In this document: positions 36,921 to 51,361 of the stretch, piece after piece | How positions within the stretch are numbered: the stretch's first letter is position 1 | Layout of the letters: every line of letters starts with the position of its first letter | NCBI RefSeq assembly: GCF_004010195.1 | Contig: NC_057718.1 | Location: 93,101,569-93,165,568 of the forward strand | Length of the DNA: 64,000 nt | From: Chiloscyllium plagiosum | Taxonomy: Eukaryota | Reading direction: 5' to 3' | Translations under genes and position numbers: made by a program | Notes under the pieces: model-generated | Database searches by the model: none | Told to the model about the DNA's origin: nothing | The model's input: the letters and a program-made list of their open reading frames with translations, nothing else

Positions 36921-38144
36921 CCTCAAAGAAGGTTTGACCATCAAGCTTTTGTTCACAGTAATTTATTTGATAAATTGAACCAGTTGTGACTTGCAGAATT
37001 TATTTTTTCATGTTTGCTCTCTATTTTCCTTAGTATTTCCCGTTGTACATTTTTAAAACATAGCTTGCTTTTCTAAATAAAGTCTCCATAACTGTTTTAA
37101 ATTGAACTTGATTCAAGAGACACCTTATAGCACTGCCATATATTTGATAAACACCGTTTTAACACCATAGATGTTCAATGCACTTGCTGAGGTTCTGGTC
37201 AGAGAAATACATTTGGTCATGGGTCTGACCAAGACTGACAGAACTTTTTATAGAAGCTATTGTAAATAACGGACTCAGCAGCAAATTCAGCAATGTGAGA
37301 CTAGTATAAAGGCTGGAATGAAGATAGAAATCGGTACTGGCACGCATGTGAAGGATAAAGTATAAGTTAAGAATTCGACCATGGCGAGGAGAGATAAAGA
37401 ACTGATGGTGTGAGGGCTGTGGAAATGTGAAGAGATAGAAGTTGATTTCTGACAGGCAAAGGAATGAATGATTGGTTTTATCTGGTCTAAGCTTCTTGTT
37501 GTCTCTTGTACAATTCCATCAACCAATAACATAGCCACTGCTGAAATGCTTTTCTCTATCGTGATATGAAATCAGAATAGTAAACAAATATTTTCTCATT
37601 CACTTGCAGGATGTGGGCATCGCTGGCAAGGCCTATTGCTAATTATCACTTTGGAAGGTGGCAATGCTTTGACACTTTGAATAATTGGTAGCAAATTTTG
37701 AACCAACTGAGTGACTTCTTTGGCCATTCTAGGTGGTAGGGAAAAGTGAACCACTTTTCTGTTAATTGATATAGATCAAATTATATTTATATGCTTACAC
37801 AAGGATGGCAGATTTCTTTCCCTCAAAATATCTGTGGATGAGTCAACATCACAGTAATTCTTAGATAAATGATGTTCGATTACTTTAAGAGAATATGCAA
37901 ATGCTGTACACAAGTCATTGAGAAATGAGGATGTAAATCAGCAAGCGGTCAAGCAGCCAATTAGAATGCAATTAATTCTGTTTTCTGAACAATGGCTGGT
38001 AAATCCCATGCATATGTGCAATTATTGAGCTATCCTTGAAAATGTTTATTGATATACTGTATGTATCTTTGTGTGAGGCTCCACATACATCAAAACCAGT
38101 TAGAGTTTATTGGTGAGTTTGTTAAAATACTATGTTGGCAATAA

Positions 38145-39904
38145 GCAGCATGGGTCTGTGTGGGGAAGTCATGTCTCACAAAGTTAATTGAGGTTCTTGA
38201 GGAAGTGACAAAGATAATTGATGAGGGTGGTAGGTGTTGTCTATATAGACTTCACAAGGCCTTTAGAAAGGTTGCCCCATGACAGGCTGATATGAAAGGT
38301 GAAGTCACATGGAATCTGTGGTGAGCTGGTAAGATGGATACAGAACTGGCTTAGTTATAGATGACAGAGAATAACAGTAGAAAGGTGTTTTCTGACTGGA
38401 GATCTGTGATCAGTGGTATTCACAGGGATCAATGTTGGGACCTCTCTTCTTTGTAATATATGTACATGATTCAGAGGAGTATGTTGGTGGCCTGATTAGT
38501 AGGTTTGCAGATTACACAAAGATTGGAAATCTACAGATAATAAGGAAGATTGCCAGAGGATACAGCAGGATAGAGACAGAGTCATTGAGATTTATAGCAT
38601 GGATACAAACCCTTTAGTCCAACTCGTCCATGCTGACCAGATATCCTAGACTAATCTAGTTCCATTTGCTATCATTTGGCCCATATCCCTCGAAACCCTC
38701 TGATTTACATACCCATCCAGATGCCTTTTAAATGTTGTATTTATACCATCCTCCATCACTTCCTCTGGTAGCTCATTCCATACAGACATCACCCTCTGCG
38801 TGAAAATGTTGCACTTTAGGTCCCTTCTAAATCTTTCCCCTCTCACCCTAAACCTATGCTCTCTAGTTCCGGATTCCCCTACTCCTGGGAAAAGACCTTG
38901 TGTATATACTCCATTCATGCCCCTCATGAATTTATAAACGTCTATAACATTGCCCTTCAGCCTCCGATGCTCCAGGGAAAATAGCCCCAGACTATTCAGC
39001 CTTTCCTTATAGCTCAAACCCACCAACTCTGGCAACATCCTTGTAAATCTTTTCTGAACCCTTTCAAGTTTCACAACATCCTTCCTATAGGAGGGAGATT
39101 ACAATTGCGCACAATATTCCAAAAATAGACTAACCAATGTCCGTACAGCCACAATATGACCTCCCAACTATTGTACTGAATGCTTTGTCCAATAAAGGAA
39201 AACATACCAAATACCTTCTTCATTAGGAGACCAATATGCTGGAGACTTGGGTGGAGAAATGGCAGATTGATTTTCTTCCAGATAATTGTGAGGTGAGGCA
39301 CCTTGGAAGATCTAATGCAAAAGAGAAGTATACAGTGAATGGCAGAACCCTTAGTAGCATCAACATACAGAGGGATCTAGGCATATCGGTTCACAGTTTC
39401 CTGAACATAGCAAAACAAGGAGGTACATGGCATGCTTACTTTCATTGGTCATATAAAAATTGCAAGTCATGTTACAACTATATAGAACTTTTTAGTTGGG
39501 TCATATTTGGAATATTGTGTTCAGTTCTGGTCACCACACTACCATGCAGAAGCTTTGGAGAGAGTTGAGAAATGATTTACCAGGATGTTGCCTGGTTTAG
39601 AAGGTTGGAGGGGATTAGCTATGAGGAGAGATTGGACAAACTTGGTTTGTTTTCACTTCAACATTGAAGGTTGAGGGAAATACCTGACAGAAGTTTACAA
39701 AATTATGAGACGCATGGAGACAATGGATAGTCGGAGTCTTTTTTCCCAGGGTAGAGATGTCAATCACGTGGGGACTTATGTAAAAGGGGTAAAGTTTAAA
39801 AGGATAACTGAGAGGCATGGTTTTTACACATAGGGTGGTAAGTACCCAGAATGCCCTGGCACAGGAGATGGTGCAGGCAGATGACAATGTTTAAGCAATA
39901 TCTT

Positions 39905-39939
<35 letters not shown>

Positions 39940-40060
39940 GCAGGGAATAGAGAGATACAGACTGTGTAGATGCAAAAGGTTTATAGTTTAGAAAGGCTTC
40001 ATGTGTTGGCACAGTCTTGGTGGGCCGAAGGATCTGTTCCCTGTGCTGTTCTTTGTTCTT
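38145..40060 (+). mobile_element. CR1 RT and 3' portion, split by an antisense CR1; (TA)n at 39907-39937
   Basis: MLGPLFFVIYVHD...ISRFADYTK (ORF 38432) continues as WVEKWQIDFLPDNCEV (ORF 39236). Confidence 0.88.
38578..39224 (-). mobile_element. CR1 3' fragment nested antisense in CR1
   Basis: ORF 38646-39074 KLERVQKRFTRMLP; 'gagac' on both sides. Confidence 0.9.
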
Positions 40061-40173
40061 TGGGCCCAGAGGTTGATACTTTTTTTAAAACAACTTCGAT
40101 TCATTGCGGTTATTGAATTTAAATTGCCCAGTTGCCAAAGCGGAGGGTGAAATCAGGTCTCCACATGATGAGG

Positions 40174-40377
40174 TAAAAACAGAAAGATCTGCGGATGCTG
40201 TAAATCAGAAACAAAAACAGAAGTTGCCAGGAAGCTCAGCAGGTCTGGCAGCATCCGTGAGGAGAAATCAGAAGAACCCTTTTGAGGAAGGGTCACCTGA
40301 CCCGAAACGTTAACTCGGATCTCTCTTCACAGATGCTGCCAGGCCTGCTGAGCTTATCCAGCAACTTCTGTTTTTGC
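40174..40377. mobile_element. Family C fold-back PLE-derived element
   Basis: Arms caaaaacagaagttgccaggaagctcagcagg / cctgctgagcttatccagcaacttctgtttttg; motif UUGAGGA-A-GGGUCA-cc-UGACCC-GAAA-CG-UU at 40282-40311 (C3>U). Confidence 0.85.
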
Positions 40378-41100
40378 TCCACGTAATATGTCCAGGCCTT
40401 TTGATTACTAGTCCAGTCACTTCCATGTTTTGATAGTCTTCTGTTTATTATAAGCAAAGTAAGTTCATAGTTTATAATCACCACAGATCTGTACCAGACA
40501 ATCTGTACTAGATCTGTATCTGATGATCTGTACTGTTTCCAGTTATTCATATCAGACATTGTCTCAATTTCTATCAGTAGCTATGATGCTATGAGCAGAA
40601 GTGAGAGAGATACCTACCACAATCAGAATCCAGTTGAAAGTCATTGGCACCATTTACGTTATACCCTGAAGCATTCATTTATAGTTAATTGTCTTCCCCA
40701 ACTTCATAATAAAAATTGCACAACTGCCTTGAGTTTGAGATTGACTGTGTCTGTAGGAGGAAGTCAACCAGGCATAATTTAAACAGCTTTACTTTTGATA
40801 CAGGAAATAAAACACTGTCAGTTTGATGGTTATTGTAAAAGTCATACCAATTTGTACCAACAAGTTGAGGAAAGTTATTCACCGAATTTGTGGTTAATTT
40901 TGTGCTGATAAACTGAGATGCTATAATGCTAACAGTAAGAAGTCATATATACAACAGTTTGGAACACTTTAACCCAATATTGTTGTATAAGACAATTAGT
41001 ACCTGAAAGAATGACCTGATATCATGAGTTTTGTTCCATTTATCATGGTTTAATCGATTGTTACTGTGTGGCGATAAAGAATCTTAAATGTGTCTGTATT

Positions 41101-41404
41101 GGGCAGCACAGTGGCTCAGTAGTTAGCACTGCTGCCTTACTGTGTTCAGGATCTGGGTTCAATTCCACCTATAGGTAACTGCCTGTATAGAGTTTGCACA
41201 TTCTCCCTATGTCTGCATGGGTTTCCTCTGGGTATTTGATTTTCTTCAATAGTCCAAAGATATGCAGGTTAGATAGATTGGCCATGGGGAATATAGGGTT
41301 ACGGGGATGGGGTAAGGAGTGAGTCTGGGTGGGATGCTCTTCGGAGGGATTCCGTGCGAACTTGATGGGCCAAATAGCCTGCTTCCACAGGGTATGGATT
41401 TTAT
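41101..41404 (+). mobile_element. HE1-type SINE
   Basis: gggcagcacagtggctcagtagttagcactgctgcc...gggttcaattcc...ccaaagatatgcaggttag. Confidence 0.88.
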
Positions 41405-41559
41405 GGGGGGTTGGAGCTTCTGTCTAGGTCATTCTTGCACTGCAAAGTTACTGAGACCAATTAAATGTGTGCCTATTCTGAAGTTTGAGCCTATTACAAA
41501 GGATGAACATGAATCTCAGATATCTCAGATGTAATATAGCTGTTAAGTACAATGTGATA

Positions 41560-42470
41560 AACCTATGTAGTGTTCATGAAGATTGAACTTTTCTTCTGTG
41601 GAAGACTTTGTGTCGACATTTTTCCCTGGTTGGCATCAATAGCTGAGATTTTTTGCAGATCTCCCACTCACCACGGTTGCAGTCATATTACCATGGAGCA
41701 GTTTCAGGATTGGGATGAAGTTTTGTGATGATACAAATCTTTAGAGAGCAATTCACAGAGCCTTGCTGTTCATCAATTCTGATTGCTTTGGCCAGGTTAG
41801 CAAATGCAATGAAGAGTTCCTCATAGCGTTCCAAACATTTTCCAAGGACTTGCTTGACAAGAAAGACCATGTCAGAGGTTGCTCTGGAAACCACACTGAA
41901 AGGATTTCATGAGCAGAGGAAGCAGTCAATCAGAAGAATGTGTACCTGGATTTTCTCTACCATGGACAACATGGGATAGTTTAATTGTCATAATATTATC
42001 TCCCTTCACAAAAATAAGTGTGGATGTTGTATTTTGCAAATCTGGGGTTGGGCAAAGGCAAGGTGGCATGTTATTTTCTCAAATCTACAGGATCCGTTTA
42101 TTAAATCGTGATGTGAGCAGAAGCCCATCAGATTTAACGGCCTTTTTGCTTTTAATACCATCAGAGCCGTAGAAGTTGTTGCTTTTCATTTGTTTGAGTG
42201 CTTGATGCAGGTTTGTCGACATTGGTCTCCCCATTGATTCTCGCATGAGGTACTGCAGGGAAAGCCTGGAGAGTATCAGCTGCCATTGTGAATGAGGAGC
42301 TGTTGAAAATGTTCATTCCAGTGTTGACGGTTGGTATAAGGGAGAGAAGACAACAACCTGCAAGTAAAAGGGATTTTGACAATTTGACGTTGGTCTTTAG
42401 ATGGCCTTGAGGGCCACAAATAGCTTTGCATTTCAAGGCAGTCAGCATAGCGTTGGATTTAACTGAGCTT
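41560..42470 (-). mobile_element. Ancient RTE-clade LINE RT remnant
   Basis: ORF 41688-41894 RATSDMVFLVKQVLGKCLERYEELFIAFANLAKA fits the RTE pattern RST.DMIF..RQLQEKC.EQ...LY.AF.DL.KAFD. Confidence 0.7.
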
Positions 42471-43254
42471 GTTGGATGCAGTTGTGCCTGCGAGAAGCTA
42501 CATGTACAGGTCGTTCTGGTATAGCGTGCATTTTGTCAACCCGAATTGGCTGTAATGTAATTGATGAATTGTGGACGTTGTTTGGATAATGCAAACTTTC
42601 AACTGAATGGTATAGCGATGTTCTATTAGCAATTTTGTACAGTACAATTTTCTATCACCATTCTCCACGGTGAAATTTTCTATAGCACAGGGTTGCAGAG
42701 AATGCAATCGTTGCATTTTAGCAGAACAACCTGTTTTAACACCCAGGACTCTTTTGTGCAGGCACAACACATTCAGACATACCTTGCACCTTTTACATGG
42801 GAATCAACAAAGGTCTTACGGAGACAGCCAAAGTCTGTGCATTGTGATAGCAGCACCCTGGCCAAGCAGTGTCTCCCCACCTGGTTTGAACACGAAGATT
42901 GATAGTTAACTGTTCTTGCTGCATCTCCATTCCAACAGCAACACTCTTCCTGTGCTGTCCTTTCTTCAAAATCTGTTTCTCGTCTCCTAACCCTGATGAG
43001 CACAAGACAAAAAGCTTTAAATTCTTGTCTGTTTTTTGGCAATGTTGTGTTAGATTTCTCCAGTTTTATCTCTCCACCACTCATTTATTTATGTTCTGGA
43101 TTTATCTTCCAGGACCAGTCTTGAAGGATTGGGAGGGTTCTTTCTTGTGATATTGGGTTGCTTTGCCAGACAATGAAGACTTCTGTTTTTGACCCAGGAG
43201 CTCACATATTTCTGGATCTTTTTGTGTTGAGTCGATCGTTGTGACGACTCTGCT

Positions 43255-43470
43255 TGGATCCAATTGTTTGGATATCGGTAAACCCACCTGGTTTGCTGAT
43301 ATCCTTCAGGGAACGAAACTGCCATCCTTACCTGGTCTGGCCTACATGTGACTCAAAAGCCATAGCAATGTGGTTGGCTCTTAACTGCCCTCTGGACCAT
43401 TAGGGATGGGTAATAGCTGCTGGCTGAGCCAGCAATGTCCTCATCCTGTGAATGAATAAATAAAAAAAAG
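43255..43470 (+). mobile_element. Deu-domain SINE (SacSINE1-like) 3' part
   Basis: ctgccatccttacctggtctggcctacatgtgactc...aatgtggttggctcttaactgccctctg; A-rich tail. Confidence 0.75.
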
Positions 43471-43740
43471 GTCTCTAGTATAGCTGACACTGTTTGGTTC
43501 CATCGTTCTGAAGTTGAGTTGGGTGTGTGAAAATTTTCTAGTTTGGTCATGAGATGCTGTTGTAATTTCTCTCTTCAATCAGACTGTTTAGGACTCAGAA
43601 ATTGAACTTATTCTTGGAGTTTTGGCTCTTGCAATGTCTTTATGCTAGCTGGATGTTCATTACTGATCGAACGATCTGCCCAGCAGGCAATAAGCCCTAC
43701 TAGTTAACGCAAGCATCACTTAGATCTTTGATTTGAACAA

Positions 43741-44200
43741 TGACCATAAGAAATGTGTACAGGGGTAGGCTGTTCAACCTCTCGAGCCTGCTCAGCCATT
43801 CAATAGGATCACAGCTGAACTGACATTCCTCACATTCACTCTCCTGTCCTTTACCCACAATCCTCGGCTCCCCTAATGATCAAGAATCTATCTATCACAA
43901 CCTTAAATATACACAAGGAGTCTACTTTCACCATTCTCTGTGGCGAGGAATTCCAAACGCCCTCAATCCTCTTGAGAGAAGAAATTCCTCTTGGTCTTAG
44001 TCCTAATTTGGCAACCCATTAATTCCAACTTTGTGTCCCTTGGTCCTAGACTCTCTCAGCGTTCATCCAAAATGTTTCGGTGAGATCACCTCTCGTTCTT
44101 CTGGATTCCAGGGAGTAGAGTCCCAAACTGTTTAACCTTTGCTCTCAAGATAATCCCTTCATACCAGTGATCATCCTAGTGAGCATTCTGTTAACTGCCA
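43741..44200 (-). mobile_element. Old CR1 3' fragment
   Basis: gaccataagaaat...cctcttgagagaagaaattcctc...gagatcacctctcgttcttc. Confidence 0.75.
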
Positions 44201-44537
44201 GGAGTTGCCAGTGCTTTGAGCTAGGGCATCTCAATATGATTTTGTATTTGTCCTTGTTTGTTTTAATGAAGTCATGCTGAGAATAGCTTGTCAACGGGAG
44301 GACACCACTTGCATTGTGGTTTTTCCGTCTCGCTGTTCTGCGTGAGCCCTGTCCAGATTTTGGAGTCACGGCTAATTCCTGCATCAAAATCTCCAAATGG
44401 ATGGTCTTTTCTTCTTTTAGAATGGCCATAAGGAGCTACATCAAGATCAGAACAGGGCTTTTCTTGAACACCTCCCTGGGATCACAGAGTCAATGTGTGA
44501 GCAAACTGATTACTGCTGAGCTGGAGGTGCACAATCA

Positions 44538-44790
44538 TGAAACAAAAATGGAAAGTGCTGAAGAAATTCAGCAGGTGGGACTGATAGGTAGAAAAACAGA
44601 GTTAACTTTTAAAATCCGGTGGGCCTTAATATGCCTGACGCTATTTGTTCAGCTTCACTGTTCTGTTTAGGGTAACTAGACTTGAAATGTTAACTCTGTT
44701 CTCTCCACAGAAGTTGCTAGACCTGTTACGTTTCTCCAGCACTTTCTCTTTTTGTTTCAAATTTTTGACATCCACTGTTCTTTGTTTTAT
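44538..44790. mobile_element. Family C-like fold-back element (decayed)
   Basis: gaaacaaaaatggaaagtgctgaagaaa...acagagttaac / gttaactctgt...ctccagcactttctctttttgtttc. Confidence 0.65.
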
Positions 44791-45265
44791 CATACAGGGG
44801 TCCCCAACTTACCAATACTCGTGCTCACAAAGGAGATCCAGTAGCACTATTAATTTTAAGGATCTGACGTACGAACATTCACTCGTACTTCCAAAAGGAT
44901 ATTTTATTTTGTTCAGCATTGTGTTGTGACAAATGTACTCAGAAGTAGAATCGGTTTGTAACCTGAGTTCAGCCAGGAGTGAAATATCATGAGCCCTTGG
45001 CTTATACAAATGGGAACGTCTAACAGTACAACCAAGATCCTATTCCAACTGGTCAAACCAACTCTGAGGGTATAATCACACAAAAGATATGAGGATTGAT
45101 ATCTTCCCACAAAAGCAGGGCCTCACTGAGAGCAGGGAGTCAATTTGGAGTCAGGGTAACTCAGGTGATATGATTGCTGTTCTTCTGTCTGGAAGACAAC
45201 TCTTGAGATTACCCACGAGCATCCTAACATTCCAAGTTGGAAAATTTAGAGTTTGATTTCTTTGA

Positions 45266-47804
45266 CCAATAGTCAGAGGGAAATTGAGAAACAAATTTGT
45301 AACGAGATCTCAGTTATCTGCAAGAATAATAGGGTGGTTGTGGTAGGGAATTTAATTTTTCTGAACATAGACTGGGACTGCCATAGTGTTAAGGGCTTTA
45401 ATGGAGAGGAATTTGTTAAGTGTGTACAAGAAACCTTTCTGATTCAGTATGTGGATGTACCTACTAGAAAAGGTGCAAAATGTGATCTACTCTTGGGAAA
45501 TAAGGCAGGGCAGGTGACTGAGGAGTCAGTGAGGGAGCACTTTGAGGCCAGCGACCATAATTCCATTAGTTTTAAAATAGTGATGGAAAAGGATAGACCA
45601 AATCTAAAAGTTGAAGTTCTAAATTGGAGGAAAGCTAATTTTGAAGGTATTAGGCAAGAACTTTCAAAAGCTGATTGGGGGCAGATGTTTACAGGTAAAG
45701 GGACGGCTGGAAAATGGGAAGCCTTCAGAAATGAGATAACGAGAGCCCAGAGACAATATATTCCTGTCAGGGTGAAAGGAAAGGCTGGTAGGTATAGGAA
45801 ATGCTGGATGACTAAAGAAATTGAGGTTTTAGTTAACAAAAAGGAAGGAAGCATATGTCAGATACAGACAGGAGAGATCAAGAGAATCATTAGAAGATTA
45901 TAAAGGCAATAGGAGTATACTAAAGAGGGAAATCAGGAGGGCACAAAAGGGACGTCAGATACCTTTGGCAAATAGGGTTAAGGAGAATCCAAAGAGTATT
46001 TACAAATACATTAAGGACAAAAGGGTAACTAGGGAGAGAATAGGGCCTCTCAAAGATCAGACAGGCAGCCTATGTATCAAGCCACTGGAGATGGGGGACA
46101 TACTAAACAAGTATTTTACATCAGTGTTTTCTGTAGAGAAGGACATGGAAGAAATAGAATGTGGGGGAATAGATGGTGACGTCTTGAAAAATGTCCATAT
46201 TACAGAGGAGGAAGTGCTGGATGTCTTGAACTGCACAAAAGTAGATAACTCCCCAGGACGTGATCAGATATACCCTAGAACTCTGTTGGAAGCTGGGGAA
46301 GTGATTGCTGGGCCCCTTGCTGAGATACTTGTGCCATCGATAGTCACAGTTGAGGTGCTAGAAGACTGGAGGTTGGCTAATGTGATGCCACTATTTAAGA
46401 AAGGTGTTAAGGAAAAGCCAGGGAACTATAGACTGGTGAGCCTGATGTCGGTAGTGGGCAAGCTGTTGGAAGGAATCCTGAGGGACAGAATTTACATGTA
46501 ATTGGAAAGGCAAGGACTGATTAGGGATAGTTAGCATGGCTTTGTGCATGGGAAATCATGTCTCATGAACTTGATAGTCTTTTGAAGAAGTAAGAAAGAG
46601 GATTGACGAGGGAAGAGCATGAGACATGATCTATATGGACTTCAGTAAGGTGTTCAACAAGGTTCCCCATAGGAGATTGATTAGCAAGGCTAGAAATCAT
46701 GGAATACAGGGAGAGCTAGCCATTTGGATACAGAACTGGCTTGAAGGTAGAAGACAGAGGGTGATGGTGATGGAGGGATGTTTTTCAGACTGGAGGCCTG
46801 TGACCAGTGATGGTCAATGATTGGTGCTGGGTCCACTACTTTTCATTATTTATATAAATGATTTGAATGTGAACATAGGAGGTATTGTTAGTAAGTTTGC
46901 AGTTCACACCAAAATTGGAGATGTAGTGAACAGCAAAGAAGATTACCTCAGATTACAATGGGATCTTGATCAGATGGGACAATGGACTGAGAAGTGGCAG
47001 GTGGAGTTTAATTTAGATAAATGCAAGGTGCTGCATTTTGGAAAAGCAAATCAGAGCAGGACTTATACACTTAATGGTAAGGTCCTGGGGAGTGTTGCTG
47101 AACAAAGAGACCTTGGAGTGCAGGTTCATAGATACTTGAAAGTAGAGTCACTGGTAGATAGGATAGTGAAGAAGGTGTTTGCTATGCTTTCCTTTGTTGG
47201 TCAGAGTATTGAGTATCGGAGTTGCAACTGTACAGGAGATTGGTTAGGCTACTGTTGGAATATTGCATGCAGTTCTGGTCTTCTTCCTGTTGGAAGGATA
47301 TTGTGAAACTTGAAAGGGTTCAGAAAAGATTTACAAGGATGTTGCCGGGTTGGAGGATTTGAGCTACAGGGAGAGACTGAATAGGCTGGGGCTGTTTTCT
47401 CTGGAGCATCGAAGGCTGAGGGGTGACCTTATAGAGGTTTATAAAATCATGAGGAGCATGGATAGGATAAATAGACAAAGTCTTTTCCATGGGTTGGGGG
47501 GGGGTCCAGAACTAGAGGGCATAGGTTTAGAGTGATATGGGAAAGAAATAAAAGGGACCTAAGGGGCAACTTTTTCACGCTGAGAGTAATGCATGTATGG
47601 AATGAGCTGCCAGAGGAAGTGGTGGATGTTGGTATAATTGCAGTACTTAAAAGACATCTGGATGGACATATGAATAGGAAGGGTTTAGAGGGATATGGGC
47701 CAAGTGCTGGCAAATGGGACTAGATTGGGTTGGGATATCTGGTCGGCTTGGACAAGTTGGACTGAAGGGTCTATTTCCATGCTGTACACCTCTATGACTC
47801 TATG
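45266..47804 (+). mobile_element. Long CR1-type LINE (EN, RT and 3' UTR), pseudogenised
   Basis: ORFs 45253, 45965, 46626, 46821 and 47350 give successive ORF2 pieces (SDHNSI, NYRLVSL, DFSKVFNKVPH, VLGPLLF); (tctatgac)n tail; 'tgacca' at both ends; same subfamily as 22588-24675, opposite orientation. Confidence 0.95.
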
Positions 47805-48464
47805 ACCAGGAAGGTGGTGATCCCATAGGATGTAGCCCGGAGAAAGTAGGTCATCTAATTACCGGACACCTTTTCTAACCCTGTTTGCAGTTGGACTGAG
47901 AAGAGGGTATACTGAAGTGGACTGGTCAGTTAAAGATACTACTGCTCCCCAAACCACTATTGTCTCCCATAGGTGTCCAACAACCTTTATGCATCTGTTA
48001 CCTGCATGTGGACTCTTGGCTAGAGGCTGTAAGGTTCAGAACCCTTCACCATTGCTACAGGAATTGTCAAATAGACCCAGGTTGAGCTTGTGACTTGTTT
48101 TAAGGTCGGGATTTTGTGGGTGCAATCATTGTCCATGCAATCTTGATGGATTGGTGGCCAGATTATGGTGATGTGTTGGACAATGACCATCAGGGCCCCC
48201 TTGCTACTGCAACCTTCCTCTGGCTTTGCAGCCAGTGAGAGACACAGTCCTCCTTTGCATGTCCTGTCAATGAGGAGATTTTGGACACAACTTTGTCTGA
48301 CAGCTCTCCGCTGAATGTACTGTCATCGTTGGCCCTATCAGGAGCCACCATGTCAAGGTGGCAATCCCTGGGAGAATTTCACCATTTCGATATTAAATGG
48401 AGAAATCAGTAGTTTAAAATTAAGTGTATGTTAAGTAATATACAATGGGATGGTCAGTATAGCA

Positions 48465-49810
48465 AGACCATAAAGACCATAATATGAAGGAACAAAGGTC
48501 GACCATTTGGCCCACTGAGTTTGCTCCACAATGCAATGACATCATAGTTGATCTGATCATCCCCAAATCCACTTTCCTGCCTCATTCCCTTACCCCTCAA
48601 TTCCCGTACTGATTAGAAGCAGTTGTAAATCGGCCTCTAATGAACTTAATGAACCCAGCCTCAACAGCTATCTGTGGTCAAAATATCCACAGAATGACTA
48701 ACCTCTGAAAAAGAGGAATGGGCACTCCTTACTCTGAGGTTATACCCTGTGGTCCTAGACTTCTCCATACGGGGAATCAGTCTCTTAGCATCTTCCTTGT
48801 TAAGTCCCCGAAGAGTGTAGTATGTTTCATAAATGTCTTCTGGCCGTCCAGATGATACAAATACAAGCCCATACTCAATACTCAGAATTAATCTTGTGAA
48901 CCTCTTAGCATGGCCTCCTATGCCACTATATTATTCCTTAGATAAATGGACCAAAACTGTTAACTTTATTCTAGCTGTAGTCTTATCAGTACCTTACCAG
49001 CTTTTAGCAAGCCCGCCCTTTGTAATTTAATGCTGTCATCTACGTTATCTATGATGCTGCCTAACGTTGTGTAATTTTCAAATCTCGATTTGACTTTCCA
49101 TGTCATTAGGAGAAAATGAGGACAGGTAGGGTTTATGCTCGAAACGTCGACTCTCCTGCTCCTCGGATGCTACCTGACCGGCTGTGCTTTTCCAGCACCA
49201 CACTCTTCCTTTCTCTGCCATTATCCTAGTATTCATAAATAATGTGAATGACTGAGGGCCTAGCACAGATCCTGGTGGGACACCCATTGGTCATAGCCTG
49301 CCAATTTCAATACCGAGCCATTATCCCTATTTTCTGTCACCTGCCACTCAACTAATTGCTCAGTCCTGTCAGCAATTCCATTGGCTCCTATTTTAGTTAA
49401 CAGTTTCTTATATGGGACTTCACTAAATGCCTTCTGGAAATCCAGATAAACCACATCCATAGACATTCCCCGGTCCACTACCTTTGTTACTTCCTCAATA
49501 ACTGAATGAGGTTTGTCATGCATGCGCTATCTGTTATGAATCCACACTGACTCTCCCTGATAAACTGAAAAGGTTTGAGATGTTCACTTACCCCATCCTT
49601 GATTATAGACTCTAATGATTTCCCCACCACACATATTAGGCAAACTGCTTCCACTTTATCTGTTCTGCTTGTTATCTCCTGCAAGAACTCTAAGAAAGTT
49701 ATGAGGCATAATTCCATCTTCATGAAGCCATACAGTCTCTGCTTGGCCATATAATGTATTTCTAAAGGCTCTATTATTATGTCCTTTATACTTGACTCTA
49801 ATATTAGTTA
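48465..49810 (-). mobile_element. Old CR1 remnant(s)
   Basis: MDVVYLDFQKAFSEVPYKKL (ORF 49260) and GVPPGSVLGP (ORF 49078); tail (gaccata)n. Confidence 0.8.
49109..49208. mobile_element. Family A element fragment with degenerate 15-bp TSD
   Basis: ggagaaaatgaggac + gggtttatgctcgaaacgtcgactctcctg...; TSD ctttccatgtcatta 49094-49108 / ctttctctgccatta 49209-49223 (12/15). Confidence 0.8.
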
Positions 49811-51361
49811 GTGAGACATTTTGACGAACTAATGATGGTTTCTATTCAACCCATTTACCTTTTTATCTCCTTCTTTGAATACAATTCAAAAGTGCTTCAT
49901 TCACTGTAAAATGTTTTGCCAAATAGATGTGCGGTTTGTGTTTTAAGGTTTTTTTTTCAGATGCTGTCTGACCTCCTGTGCATTTACCATCTTCTCTCTG
50001 CTGCTTACATTGTTTAGTGAGAGGGTGACGTGCACTTCTCCCTACGTAATGAAAATACATCTGAGATAAGTGAACATTTTGCGTGTCTGTTTTTTGTAAG
50101 TGACTTATTATAATTGAACTGCTGAAATCGTGACAGAAAGCAAAAAGGAAAGCAATGGTAAGTCTTGAAATTGGAAGCTGAATGCCTTACTTTCAGATCA
50201 TACCAGTCATCAGAAAACATTCCTTAGATAGTACTGGGGAGGCCACGACAGATTTTGGCAAGATAATTGTATGAAACTAAACACAGTCCATTCCAGAAGA
50301 TAGCAAAGGCAGGAGTGCTAGAAGAGGCGTAGGCCAGCTGTCAATATTGGCCAGACCAGAGCAAGTTCAACAGGTTAATAATTCCCTATAATGGGGTGTA
50401 CCTAGCCACAATTAATGGAGTATCCTTGGGCATTAACACTGCAACAATCCTTCGTCACAAAGCTTCAGATTGCAGTAATGAAAAGACTCGCTAAATGCTG
50501 GCATGATCTCGAGAATTCTATGTTTCAGTATAGTCTTCTAACAACATCTAATTGGACTCAGGCAGGGCATATGTTTTTGTTAAATTTTCAACTGTGTCCC
50601 CTCTCTTTGGCTTTCAAATCTTCTGTCTCTCCATGAGCCTAGAGCAACTTCAGTAATTCGATTTTGGCTTCATTTTAAATGAAAGGAGAACTTTTAAAAG
50701 AGTGAGCGTGAAACAGAAGAACAAATGGCCATCTATGCTCACCAAAGCGCAATGTTCTATCAAATAATAGGCGATAACTGCTTTTAAAAAGACAATTTGT
50801 TGATACGAGTGATAAAGGTAAATTCACAGCCATCAGTCTACTGCGCTATTTTTTCCATTGTATATATTTTTCTTACTGTATATGTAATGCATAACATGTA
50901 TAAATGAGTCAATATACTTTGAGCATTCTGTTGGCTGGTTACTGGGCTGTTACAATTCTGCCTGTTAGCTGGGAGATATAAATATGGCAGAAATTAAATG
51001 AAGATGTATTCAAATAAGCGGAATAGTGGCTGAAAGGCACACAAGAGTCTCGGAATATGATATACACTCACAATAGTTGGAGAAAGCAATGGTTTTAGTG
51101 CAGCAAGCCTTCAGTAAGATGACCAGCAGAAAGAAAGCTCATTTTAATATAATGAAAATAAAATAAATGACATTTCGTTAAGGTCTTCCAGAGCATTTAC
51201 AGCGAATAAAACACTTTTGAAGTGTGGTCACTGTTGTAATGCAGTAAAATATGGTAAAATGCATTTTGCGCATTGTAAGGTATCAAAAACAAAAGAAATG
51301 CGTGAACTGATAATCTATTTTGTTTTGGTTATATTGATCAAAAGATGCCAAGGGAGCATAG